From Psilocybe cubensis (taxonomy: Eukaryota), in NCBI GenBank assembly GCA_017499595.2, contig CM038998.1, forward strand, positions 3,658,001 through 3,722,000: DNA of 64,000 bases. The letters are read 5' to 3'. The position numbers and the translations under genes are program-made. Shown here one piece after another: positions 12,238-24,700 of this stretch; the first letter of the stretch is position 1, and the number at the start of each line of letters is the position of its first letter. The notes beneath the pieces were generated by a model. The model worked only from the letters and a program-made list of their open reading frames with translations, was not told where the DNA came from and did no database searches.

Positions 12238-14459
12238 TTTACTTCAGAGAGTGTAAGAGACAGAGCTGATGTAAGCATGTGCATTGTGCTCTGTAACTGC
12301 ATATATTCTTCACTGGCAACATGCTTGTGCTCATTGGTGTCAATTAAACTAAATTTGTTGCTGTAAAAAAGTGTAAAGTTAGCCAGTGCCCTAAAAGTGT
12401 CTTTAGAAGACAATATGAATGTTACTTATACAGTACAAATTTCTTTGGCTGCAACAGCCATAGCTTGCTGAGGTGAGATTGCTACAAATTTTTTCAAGGA
12501 TCTTGCTTTGACCGGACTTTTCTTCTTCCAAGTCATTAATAAGGGCTTGAAAAACTTCTACCTCACTAACATCATTGTCTAATTGTGCTTCCAGTTCCTT
12601 GGCTTTACCAATCTTTTCCAACTCATCATCAAACCACAATCAAATGCTTGGTAGCTCCAGCCTGGAATTATAAGGCTGTGATTGATGTAGCATGTTGGCA
12701 TTGACTCCAAGCAATCCGCTCAGAATCAGAAGGGAACATTAACAGTCCATGTAGGCCCAGTTCTTTGTTGTCAAAATACATATGTGTGAGAGTAGCCTGA
12801 GACCCTTGCCTTTCCATTAGCTGATTTGCCTCAAAGAATAGTCTTGTGTAGCTTGATACATAGTTTTAGAACCATATAAATGAAGTCAAGAAAGGTGAAG
12901 TCTTTTACAATCTGCCAAGCTTCTCCAAAAATATGCTCACAGGCTTTGCTAGAATAAAGCCATGGGAGCAATGGGATGTGACCTAAAAAGTTATTGCAAT
13001 GGATGATGATGAGAAAAATCAATCCCTCAATAATGATGCAGAGAATGTTGTTTGCCTTGCATAAAATAAAATGTTGATCTTTTTGATATCCACAAACAGA
13101 AAGATACAATTCCCAGGAATCGAGAAAGTAGCATGTATAAAGTGCAAGCTTGATGCATTCAAGGTGAGGCATGTTACAATTTTGATAGGCATTGATCAAG
13201 TTTCTAAAGATGAAGAAATAAATGGCGGTGCCAACCATTTCTGAATGATGATCTAATATGTATTTAAGAGTGTCAGCAGAGAAAATTTGAGTAGCTGCAT
13301 TGTTATTCTGGCAATCAGTCCTATGGACATTCCAATTGAATAGTGACGCCCCATTTTCTGTGGCAATTGTCACAATGTGCACAAAAAGTGCCACAAAATT
13401 CCCAAAGATAAGAAGTCTTGCATCTGAAAACAAATTGTTATGCATGGTTTTCAATGCATGCTTGGAATCTTGAACCATACAGATATGTTGACCTCAATAT
13501 ACTCCATAGACCACAGTAGTTGCAGCACGTCCACAAGAAGGACTTGGAATTGTATATTCAATCTGTTGGTCTTCTAGTTGGGTGAGAAATAATTGCTGCA
13601 CTGCTTGTTCCACCTTGGTACCATCACAGGCATATGAGACAATCAAAATTCTCTTGTCAATCAACCCATCCAATATGCTTTTAAACATGGACAAAAGTTC
13701 AGTTCCATTCAACAAGGTAATTGGTACAGCAGCAACCAAAACTGGGGCTAGACCAGGGTATGGCAAAGTGGCAAGATACAATTAAATCTGAATTATCATT
13801 GTAAGCTTAAAGCACGCCAAATGTAAATGAATATTGTGTACCTTGGTGGCCTTGGAAGCTTGAGCCTAAGCAATAACTCCCCTCACATTTTCTGGATCCT
13901 TGACTCTGATGGGAGCTTTTGTACTCCCAACAAGAAAATGTGCCTGTTCTTCCTTATCCCAAAAAAGTCAAAAAGTGGCAAACAGTTTGGTATCATCGCA
14001 GCTCAAGGCAATAGGACCATTGTAATTGAGTGACTTTAGGTGGAAACCAGTAAAAACAACTAAAAACTGAATTTTCCATCAAAATTAGCTTATAAAAGCA
14101 TCCCTAAATATGGCATATTCTCAATTCAAACTTGGAATTCCATAACAAATCACGCTTTGAAGACTGGCTTGCTTCTAACTACACCATATTGGAGCATAAA
14201 AAGGTGAGATTATTTTACCTTTTGTAGTTTAATACCTCACTGTCTACAGACAAAAAAAATAAGATTGTTGACCAGAATGCAGAGACAGCAATACAAGAAG
14301 GATAGGATGAGGGCATGGCAAAGAGTGTGGAAAGACAAATACTGGTTTGTCAAAGGGGGCAGAACAACACAAATTATGTCATACATTCTATTTATAGATT
14401 GTAACACGCTATTATACATTATACCACATGTAACACTGCCTTAAGGTTACAATGCATTT

Positions 14460-17078
14460 CTATAAATAATCAGTTGGCATGCAACACTTAGAGTAACACT
14501 TGCCTAATCCATTACAATGGGTCGGAACGGGACATTGGCATTGGAACTCAATTATAACTGGACGTTGGCATTGGAACAGTGTTAGAATTGGTTCCAATAG
14601 TATTGGAACAATGCCATCTAGGGGCAGGGGTGGCTGGTTATTGGCGCTTCTAGACTGCAAGGAATCTAGAAATAGACTATGGTAGAGCTCTGGTTCTATA
14701 CTAGAAGGGCTGGGACCTGAGACTTGAAGAGTCCTAAGTTGGAAAACAACTGTTACTGTGGCTTTGTCCAACTCTGTCTGCTTATCCCAGTAGCCATGAT
14801 TATCTAGTTTTTCCTCTGAACTAGTACTTGCTTCAAATAATTCAGCTTCTTCCATGCAAAGATGTTTAGATTCTGTAAATAAGAAGACCCATCTATTCCA
14901 CCATGCAAATAGCTTTTGGATATGCTTTTTGCTGGCTGAGTTTATTAAAAAGGACTTGAAGTACATGTACCACCGCTCATATGGTATTCCAGATGCTGCT
15001 CCAATAGATGCAAACTCTCTGTCAGGTGAGTGAAAAAATATAGCCTAATTTTTGTAAGTTACTTGTATTGAAATCTTGATATTAAAATCTACCCAAACTG
15101 CCATCAGGGCAATAGCGCTTGGCGTCACTACAGAAAGACCTACATTTTTCCTTGCGTTCTTCTTAAAGGCTTTTTTTTTTAAATTCAACAAAGATAGACC
15201 AGATAAGACTATTTTGAGTATTTATGAAGAAACCTGGTAAGTAATGTTCTTTATAAAAGTAATCCACCCTCAAATAGTTAACTCACTTTGGCCAAATTAG
15301 AAGATCAAAAGATATATTTCATGTCTTTTATCTGGGAACAACAGTGGCGCAAACTTAGAGTAGTGTGTCTTTCTAGGAAACTTTAACAAATTTTGAAATT
15401 CTTGTAGATTTTTACAGTCGTAATCAACATAATAGTAGGACTGTGGAAAGCCAAAAATTTGGCTTGCTGTGGTGGACCTGAATTAATGAATCATGCTGCA
15501 ATGGCAACTATGAAGACCATGTAGAAACAGCCTTTATTAGTATTAGATACAGAAATATATTGATAGGTACTTATAGTCTTTCTGAAATCCGGAAATCCTT
15601 TCAAGTCTTCGTGTAGATCCTTTGGTATCTCTTCAAACAACTCTGTGATTATTTTATTTAGCTGCAAAGTTTCTGACTCATATTATCCTAAATCTGTGCT
15701 AAAGTTTGGAGGCTTTTCTGTCATAAATACAGCTGGAAGAACAAATGGCTCATTTATTATGCCAAACTATTGTCCCAACTATGCAATATGCTTGTCTTTG
15801 TTGGATAGCTAGGAGGTTTTGGATTTCAGGGTCTTTTTCTGCTTTTTGAACCGCATGACATAGGTTGCCAGCTCAACATTTCTGATATACAGTTTACAAA
15901 TAGTAACTTGCAATTCCCTGATTTTAATCTGCGCTTTATTTAATGCCTGAAATCAAAAGTATGTCAACAAATTATGCAAACACAATTAGTTCAAGGCTCC
16001 TTGGTATAGTCATTCCTTTTTTCCTTTTCAAGATTCACAGAGAAAAATACCCAGTTATCAACCTGGGAATTTTTTGCAGCCGCAATCTTCTCAGAGAGCT
16101 TTTGTTCATCCATGTCCAAAGAGGCATCCACTTTCTCCTTGGAGTCCAAGCTTTTGGTATGTAATTCATTGCTGCTGAATGTGTCATGTTGTTTTCTCAT
16201 AGGACCTGTTTTTCTTTGCCAAAGCCTACAATTTTGAGGAATGTCTGGCATAAACACCTTCTGATCTACCTCCTGCTGGTATAATCTTTTACTAGATTGT
16301 CAAAACTATAGAACATATATGACTTAAAAGATTACTCACTTTCCAAAGGGATGCTTATTAGTAATACCTATGTTTAATCTGGTGTCCACTGTTTCAAGCT
16401 TGCCTCTATGTATGGGGTTTTGGTATATACCGTCTGGCTAAATCAACCTAGAGAGCATGACCAGTGCAACAGCGGCATCAATAGCATTAGCAGTCTTAGC
16501 AGCAGCCTCAATTCCATTAAAATTTATTTCTTCTGGAGAGTTTGGAGGTGAGAAAGGCATAGGAAAGCCAGGCTTAAGTGTGTCATACTCATTCTCAAAA
16601 TTTACAGCTTATTTGTCGGGAAGAAGAGATCTGCCACCACAAGGTATGACTGTTTGGTTGCGGTTGTGGGAACTGCTATCACCATTGTAGTTGTTGCCAT
16701 CACGGTAGGTGCAGTCGCTAATAAGTTCTTGATTGCAGTAGTTTTTATAGTAGTCACAGTAGCAGTAGCAATCACAGGGATTAGAATATTTGGCATATGG
16801 ATTATAAAGCGCTATTGGTCCTCCAGCCAGTACCTTGAGCTAGAGGTATTCTAAAAAAATTACAGATGTAGGTTGATTGTTTTTAATCCTTGGCAGGAAT
16901 TTTCTGAAAGATTTGATGGTAATAGAAGGAGGCCGGCAAAATTTGTTTGTCTGACTATGGGTCTCTCTGATTCCAGGTCTTTTGCATTGCTGGTTAAATC
17001 TTCTCCTATTGAGGAATGAACGTGGTGTTTATTATAATTAAAAAAAATGTTTGTACCATCTTTAGACATGATTTCTGG
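14460..17078 (-). pseudogene. Decayed multi-exon hypothetical gene (possible transposon cargo), C-terminal part reminiscent of basidiomycete TE-associated DUF6698-like proteins
   Basis: Coding-like fragments VTPSAIALMAVW / FHSPDREFASIGAASGIPYERWYMYFKSFL..LFAWWNRWVF are separated by short GT-AG intron-like gaps. The family resemblance is from memory, not from a search. Confidence 0.45.
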
Positions 17079-17934
17079 CATTGAAGCTTTTATTAAGAAG
17101 AAGCAGAGTGTGATAAGAGGGTTTAAAGGTAAATAGTACAGTAAAAAAGTGGTATAATAGGAATCCAGAAGAAAATAGACACTCAGCAGTTGAATAGAAG
17201 TTTGGTCACGAGGCATCTTCCTACTCATGCTTCCTCTATTATACTACCTAAATTACAGAACTGACTAGATATATAGATACTCAAATCAGAATGCAAACAA
17301 TATCAGCCAAATAGTCAGTCCCGAATCCAATACAAACTTTTCAATACCTATCTAGAGTGACTGTGAGTGTCTATAATCTAATCTACTAGTTAGTCATGAG
17401 AATCTATACTAAATAAAATAAGTCGTCAGTAATCAAGCAAATCATCACAGAACACCTATGCCGTTATTACAGATTAGAAAACCATTGGGATCCTGAATGT
17501 AAATATGCTAAGAAAAATGAGAAAAAAGCAATGGGTAAATACAATAGTAAGCTCATCGGATGATTTCCAGGCTCAGCAAGAATATGATGACCTTTTTTAC
17601 AGTATAGTAAGTGACAATAGTGACACTGAGGATTTTTACTAAATCCCTCACACTCCGTTGACGCTTTGTATTAAAGGGGGATACACTCAGTATTAACAAA
17701 AAGAGTTATAGAATTAAAATTGATGACTCAGCTCACAAAGTGTCACGAAAAATCAGACAAAAATTGGCAAAACTGTTAACAGCTTATACACAAAAATGTG
17801 CAAGTTGATGAAAAAAAAGGGCATTATTTTGAAAAAAATATATGGCTAAACCAAATGGATGTTCCTTTTTAGATTCTAAAGCAATAGAAACTTGGGTATA
17901 AATTAACAATTGTCAAGACAAGGCCATACCTATT

Positions 17935-18311
17935 TGTTGAAGCAGGCGAGCTCGGGCAGTGTGAGCTACTCGGCGACCTAGTTATAGAACGTAGGGCGCA
18001 GGGATAAGCGAGCACGAAGCGTCTGAAGTCCGAAGTGAGTAACTAAGTGAATTGAGCAAAGTGCTAACAAACTAACCTGAAGTCCGAAGTGAGTAACTGG
18101 GGACTTCAGGATGTAAACTAGAGTGACTATATACTGTGTAAACTCAAGTACTCTGGTCTACCTAGGTTTACTCTGGTCCAGTCCAGACCAGTCTATGGAC
18201 TGATAAATATCATGTGTCTAGAATGGTCTGGAGAGCAAATGAAGATAAGAAGAAAGTAATCTAATCTGATAGGATAGCAAAGTGAGGGAGACATAGAGAG
18301 CAGTTTTAACA
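17935..18311 (-). repeat. Copia C0 3' LTR (377 bp)
   Basis: Shares older variants (GAGCTACTC, GTAACTAAGTG, CAGGATG) with 35569-35911. Confidence 0.95.
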
Positions 18312-18374
18312 CTCCCCCCTGTTCTGACAAGTCTCCAGAATAAAGAAAAATAAAGCAAAACAGAGAAAGAAAGA

Positions 18375-20486
18375 TTAAAGTTTGAGACCCATTTTATCTT
18401 TACAAAAGTCCACTTTAGGAGGTGAGAGAGGTTTGGTAAGAATATCAGCAGCTTGCTGATCAGTAGGAATATAAGAAGGAGAAATCTTTCCAACACCAAC
18501 AGCATCCCTCAGCCAATAATAGCGCAAATCAAGGTGCTTCATCCGTCCATGGTGCTCTGGATTCTTGGAAACACTGATAGATGACTGGTTGTCCATATGC
18601 AGCACAGAGGGCTCAGTGACTGTGTAGCCAAACTCCTCAAGGATATTGCGCATCCACACAATCTCCTTGGCTGCCTCCACCGCAGCAATGTACTCTGCCT
18701 CAGTAGTAGACAGAGTTACAACAGTTTGGAGTTTGCTTGCCCAGCCAATAGCACCTCCAGCTAGAACGGTCAAATAACCACTCGTAGAGCGTCCAGTATC
18801 TACACAATCACCATGTGCAGCATCAGTGTAGGTGACAAAGTTATCATGGCCCACAGCGCCAGAATAAGTCAACTTGTAATCCAGAGTGCCTCTGAGGTAG
18901 CGGAATAAATGTTTAACCGCAGCCCAATGCTTAGGCCCAGGATTGGAGTTGAAGCGTGCCAGATAGGACACAGTAAAAGCAATGTCAGGACGGGTCATGG
19001 TGGCTAGATATTGCAAGGAGCCAACTGCATTGAGGTAGGGAACATTTCGCATAAATTCCACCTTATCTCCATTCTGAGGTCCATCTGCCTTGGACAGAAC
19101 AGTGCCCACAGCCATAGGTGTTTTGACCGGATTAGAATCAGTCATGCCATATGTATCAAGCATATCGAGGATATACTGACGCTGATGCAAGGAAATGGTT
19201 TTAGCAGCCATATCTCGCTCAATGGCAACACCAAGTAAATACTGTGTAGGACCCAGATCACGGAGTTCAAAACGCGCAGCTAGCTGCTTAACAGCTCTAT
19301 CTATGGCAGCGTCCGATTTGGAGGCAAAGGTAATGTCATCAATGTAAATGGGAACAATAATCTTCACATCTCCATCTGAATAGATGTAGACAGAGCAATC
19401 TGATTCTATACGCTTGAACCCCATATCTGACAATGCCTCATGCAACTTGAGGTTCCATTGACGTGCAGACTGCTTAAGACCATAGAGCAACTTTTTAAGC
19501 TTCAAAACCATGTTAGGACCACCTTGGTGAAATCCTTCAGGTTGTAACATGTAAATCTCCTCGTCTAGGTCACCTTTAGTGAAAGCAGCTGTAATATCAA
19601 CAGAGCGCAACTTCAAGTCTCCAATGGCGGCCAGAGCCACAATCAAGCGGAAAGTAGCAGGGCGGAAAGTAGGAGCAAAGACCTCATGGTAATCAATGCC
19701 AGGGCGCTGACTGTAGCCCTTGGCGACGATACGAGCCTTGTAGCGCTCTATACTGCCATCTGCATTTCGCTTGATTTTAAAGACCCAACCACAGCCAATT
19801 GCCTTTTGACCCGGAGGGAGCTCAACTCGCTTCCAAGTTTGATTGTGCTGCAACAGATTGAATTCTGTGTTAGCAGCCTCTTCCCACATGTGCGCATCAG
19901 GCGCTTTCATTGCCTGTTTGAATGTGCGCGGATCTGCGTTTGAAACAAGCCCAGCAAACTCCACCTCTTCAAATCCAGGATCATTAGCTTCCGGTGGTTC
20001 AGGATCATGTGAGACCTTCCACCATTCACCAGGCTGCTTAGGAACGCGAGTAGTGCGTCTCAACGTTGCAGGATCAACTGGAGCACGCTGGCGGCGTGCA
20101 GGCTTCGGAGGAGGTGCAGGAACGGCCTCAGGCTGTGGCGGTTCAGCTGGCTGTTCAGGAGGCGCAATAGGCACTTCTGGCTCAATGACAGGACTTGGAG
20201 TAGAGTCATCCTCATCATCATCAAAATTGAAGCCATTAGAGTCCCCCCCTGAATTGGGAGGTGGTGTACTTGCAGAAGAAGTGGGAAGAAGGTCAAACTT
20301 TGGCATAGGGCCAGTGGACACCCCAGGGAAGCACCTTTTGTCGAAATCAGCTCTCTCAGAGATAATGAACCTTTTGGTGACTGGGTTGTAAAACTCCCAG
20401 CCCTTGTACCCAGTAGGATACCCAACAAAGATACACTTTTCCATATGAGGCTACAACGATTTGCGCTTATCTCCCTGAGCATAAAC
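18375..20486 (-). pseudogene. pol: Copia C0 integrase C-terminus, RT and RNase H
   Basis: 689-aa ORF nearly identical to the C-terminus of the C2 polyprotein (YIDD, TDAAHG, AADILTK). Confidence 0.93.
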
Positions 20487-20864
20487 TGTTAAAACTGCTC
20501 TCTATGTCTCCCTCACTTTGCTATCTTATCAGATTAGATTACTTTCTTCTTATCTTCATTTGCTCTCCAGACCATTCTAGATACATGATATTTATCAGTC
20601 CATAGACTGGTCTGGACCGGACCAGAGTAGACCTAGGTAGACCAGAGTACTTGAGTCTACACAGTATATAGTCACTCTAGTTTACATTCTGAAGTCCCCA
20701 GTTACTCACTTCGGACTTCAGGTTAGTTTGTTAGCACTTTGCTCAATTCATCCAGTTACTCACTTCGGACTTCAGACGCTTCGTGCTCGCTTATTCCTGC
20801 GCCCTGCGTTCTATAACTAGGTCGCCGAGTGGCTCACACTGCCCAGAGCTCGCCTGCTTCAACA
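20487..20864 (+). repeat. Copia C1 5' LTR
   Basis: TGTTAA...TCAACA followed by GGTTATGGGCCCC. Confidence 0.96.
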
Positions 20865-21267
20865 GGTTATGGGCCCCGCGCTCTAAGCGCTCCAATTCCG
20901 TGTTTTGCGAACCAAGTTGCTTTCTGCATAGTTTTCACAAAACGGTCATTTTAGTCTTTTTTGCTTTTTATCCTCTACCAGGCCCGGCCATACATTGCCG
21001 CTGCTAGTAGGGTTGAACGAGCACGCCTTACGCGACTTGTTAACCTCGGTTGAGCGGGCCCCCGTCGCCTAATCCCCGAGTTATTTCTAGTTAAAAGTAA
21101 CCCTTTTAAATTAGGCTAGTTTAACTTCGTCTTTTCCACTTGCGTTCGCATCGCACCCCGAGCTCCGGGTAACGCCTAGTTCGTTTCCACACATCATTAC
21201 ACATCCCCACATATTACTACCAACACTCGTATCCATCCGCTTACGCGTTCCTTCGCAATTCGCAATA

Positions 21268-21787
21268 ATGACTTCTGATCCCCAAATCACTCCATTGAAC
21301 TCAACCAACTACAACACCTGGGCAGGCCAGATGACCGCCTATCTCCAGTCTAAAGGGATATGGCGCATTGTCAGCGGTGCTAGAGCACAGCCAACGCTCT
21401 CAGACAAGCCTACTGCTCAGGAGGAAGCTTTGCTTGAAACCTACTTTGAGCAGAGAGACAAAGCATGTGGTTTGATCTATCTCAGTTTGGAGAATGATCA
21501 GAGGGTTCATGTGGAAGCCATCAAGGATGATCCTATCAAGATGTGGGATGCCCTCGCCGCTGTACATCAGCAAAAGCGCCCTGGCAACCGCTTTAATGCA
21601 TATGATGATCTGTTCTCCATCCGAAAGGAGGAAGGTGAAAACCTTCAAACCCTGATCAATAGAGTTGAGCAAGCCATATTGCTAATTCAGCAGCTTCGCC
21701 CTAAGGGGTTTGATCTGGCTAAGCTTGATGAAGAGCTTGCTTCGCTTGCTCTGGTCAGGGCACTCCCAGAAGAGTACAGTTCATTTG
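21268..21787 (+). pseudogene. gag: Copia C1 gag N-terminal part (interrupted by C2)
   Basis: Matches the N-terminus of the 1382-aa ORF up to PEEYSSF. Confidence 0.95.
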
Positions 21788-24700
21788 TGTTGAAGCAGGC
21801 GAGCTCTGGGCAGTGTGAGCCACTCGGCGACCTAGTTATAGAACGCAGGGCGCAGGAATAAGCGAGCACGAAGCGTCTGAAGTCCGAAGTGAGTAACTGG
21901 ATGAATTGAGCAAAGTGCTAACAAACTAACCTGAAGTCCGAAGTGAGTAACTGGGGACTTCAGAATGTAAACTAGAGTGACTATATACTGTGTAGACTCA
22001 AGTACTCTGGTCTACCTAGGTCTACTCTGGTCCGGTCCAGACCAGTCTATGGACTGATAAATATCATGTATCTAGAATGGTCTGGAGAGCAAATGAAGAT
22101 AAGAAGAAAGTAATCTAATCTGATAAGATAGCAAAGTGAGGGAGACATAGAGAGCAGTTTTAACACTCCCCCCTGTTCTGACAAGTCTCCAGAACAAAGA
22201 AAAATAAAGCAAAACAGAGAAAGAAAGATTAAAGTTTGAGACCCATTTTATCTCTACAAAAGTCCACTTTAGGAGGTGAGAGGGGTTTGGTAAGAATATC
22301 AGCAGCTTGCTGATCAGTAGGAATATAAGAAGGAGAAATCTTTCCAACACCAACAGCATCCCTAAGCCAATAATAGCGCAAATCAAGGTGCTTCATCCGT
22401 CCATGGTGCTCTGGATTCTTGGAAACACTAATAGATGACTGGTTGTCCATATGCAGCACAGAGGGCTCAGTGACTGTGTAGCCAAACTCCTCAAGGATAT
22501 TGCGCATCCACACAATTTCCTTGGCTGCCTCCACCGCAGCAATGTACTCTGCCTCAGTAGTAGACAGAGTTACAACAGTTTGGAGTTTGCTTGCCCAGCC
22601 AATAGCACCTCCAGCTAGAACGGTCAAATAACCACTCGTAGAGCGTCCAGTATCTACACAATCACCATGTGCAGCATCAGTGTAGGTGACAAAGTTATCA
22701 TGGCCCACAGCGCCAGAATAAGTCAACTTGTAATCCAGAGTGCCTCTGAGGTAGCGGAACAAATGTTTAATTGCAGCCCAATGCTTAGGCCCAGGATTAG
22801 AGTTGAAGCGTGCCAGATAGGACACAGTAAAAGCAATGTCAGGACGGGTCATGGTGGCTAGATACTGCAAGGAGCCAACTGCATTGAGGTAAGGAACATT
22901 TCGCATAAATTCCACCTCATCTCCATTCTGAGGTCCATCTGCCTTGGACAGAACAGTGCCCACAGCCATAGGTGTTTTGACCGGATTAGAATCAGTCATG
23001 CCATATGTATCAAGCATATCAAGGATATACTGACGCTGATGCAAGGAAATGGTTTTAGCAGCCATATCTCGCTTAATGGCAACACCAAGTAAATACTGTG
23101 TAGGACCCAGATCACGGAGTTCAAAACGCGCAGCTAGCTGCTTAACAGCTCTATCTATGGCAGCGTCCGATTTGGAGGCAAAGGTAATGTCATCAATGTA
23201 AATGGGAACAATAATCTTCACATCTCCATCTGAATAGATGTAGACAGAGCGATCTGATTCTATACGCTTGAACCCCATATCTGACAATGCCTCATGCAAC
23301 TTGAGGTTCCATTGACGTGCAGACTGCTTAAGACCATAGAGCGACTTTTTGAGTTTCAAAACCATGTTAGGACCACCTTGGTGAAATCCTTCAGGTTGTA
23401 ACATGTAAATCTCCTCGTCAAGGTCACCTTTAGTGAAAGCAGCTGTAATATCAACAGAGCGCAACTTCAAGTCTCCAATGGCGGCCAGAGCCACAATCAA
23501 GCGGAAAGTAGCAGGGCGGAAAGTAGGAGCAAAGACCTCATGGTAATCAATGCCAGGGCGCTGACTGTAGCCCTTGGCGACGATACGAGCCTTGTAGCGC
23601 TCTATACTGCCATCTGCATTTCGCTTGATTTTAAAGACCCAACCACAGCCAATTGCCTTTTGACCCGGAGGGAGCTCAACTCGCTCCCAAGTTTGATTGT
23701 GCTGCAACAGATTGAATTCTGTGTTAGCAGCCTCTTCCCACATGTGCGCATCAGGCGCTTTCATTGCCTGTTTGAATGTGCGCGGATCTGCGCTTGAAAC
23801 AAGCCCAGCAAACTCCACCTCTTCAAATCCAGGATCATTGGCTTCAGGTGGTTCAGGATCATGTGAGACCTTCCACCATTCACCAGGCTGCTTAGGAACG
23901 CGAGTAGTGCGTCTCAACGTTGCAGGATCAACTGGAGCACGCTGGCGGCGTGCAGGCTTAGGAGGAGGTGCAGGAACGGCCTCAGGCTGTGGCGGTTCAG
24001 CTGGCTGTTCAGGAGGCGCAATAGGCACTTCTGGCTCAATGACAGGACTTCGAGTAGAGTCATCCTCATCATCATCAAAATTGAAGCCATTAGAGTCCCC
24101 CCCTGAATTGGGAGGTGGTGCACTTGCAGAAGAAGTGGGAAGAAGGTCAAACTTTGGCATAGGGCCAGTGGACACCCCAGGGAAGCACCTTTCGTCGAAA
24201 TCAGCTCTCTCAGAGATAATGAACCTTTTGGTGACTGGGTTGTAAAACTCCCAGCCCTTGTACCCAGTAGGATACCCAACAAAGATACACTTCTCTATAT
24301 GAGGCTGCAACGATTTGCGCTTATCTCCCTGAACATAAACATATGCAAGGCAACCCCAAACCCTCAAATGACTAACATCAGGTTTGCGCTTGTTCCAGCT
24401 TTCATACGGAGTCTTGTCCGGTAGAGGAGCTGTAGGAACACGATTCCATACATGCATGTATGCTGCAACACAGCGACCCCAAAACGAAGGTGGAACACGA
24501 GCCTCATTGAGCATGGAAGTAACATGTTCTGCCATGGTGCGATTTGCACGCTCTGCAACTCCGTTCTGTTGTGGGCGATTTCGCGTTGTATGACGACGCT
24601 CAATGCCACACTGGTCAGTGAATTTGATGAAAGCATTTGACATGTATTCACCAGCTTTGTCATCCTGCAGTGCTTTGATCTTAAAGCCTAATTTGTTCTC

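Larger units (their letters stand above)
5907..14100 (-). pseudogene. P-element/THAP9-like DDE transposase pseudogene, interrupted by copia B (5994-12237) and cut by copia A1 at 5906
   Basis: Motifs YACDGT (13494-13781), QDSKHALKTMHNN and SSKACEHIFGEAWQ (12831-13478) parallel the P/THAP9 D, D-x2-H and E motifs. The frame runs across the copia B TSD (SEVN-LTTSKS). The 5' boundary is approximate. Confidence 0.6.

Noticed and set aside
19843-20391. 182-aa Gly/Ser-rich ORF (also 23697-24245 and 30681-31229)
   Set aside because: Antisense shadow of the Pro-rich integrase-RT linker of copia C.
20700-20776. Twice-repeated CAGTTACTCACTTCGGACTTCAG motif in C LTRs, superficially CRISPR-like
   Set aside because: Only two units with an invariant spacer, inside an LTR, in eukaryotic context with no cas genes.
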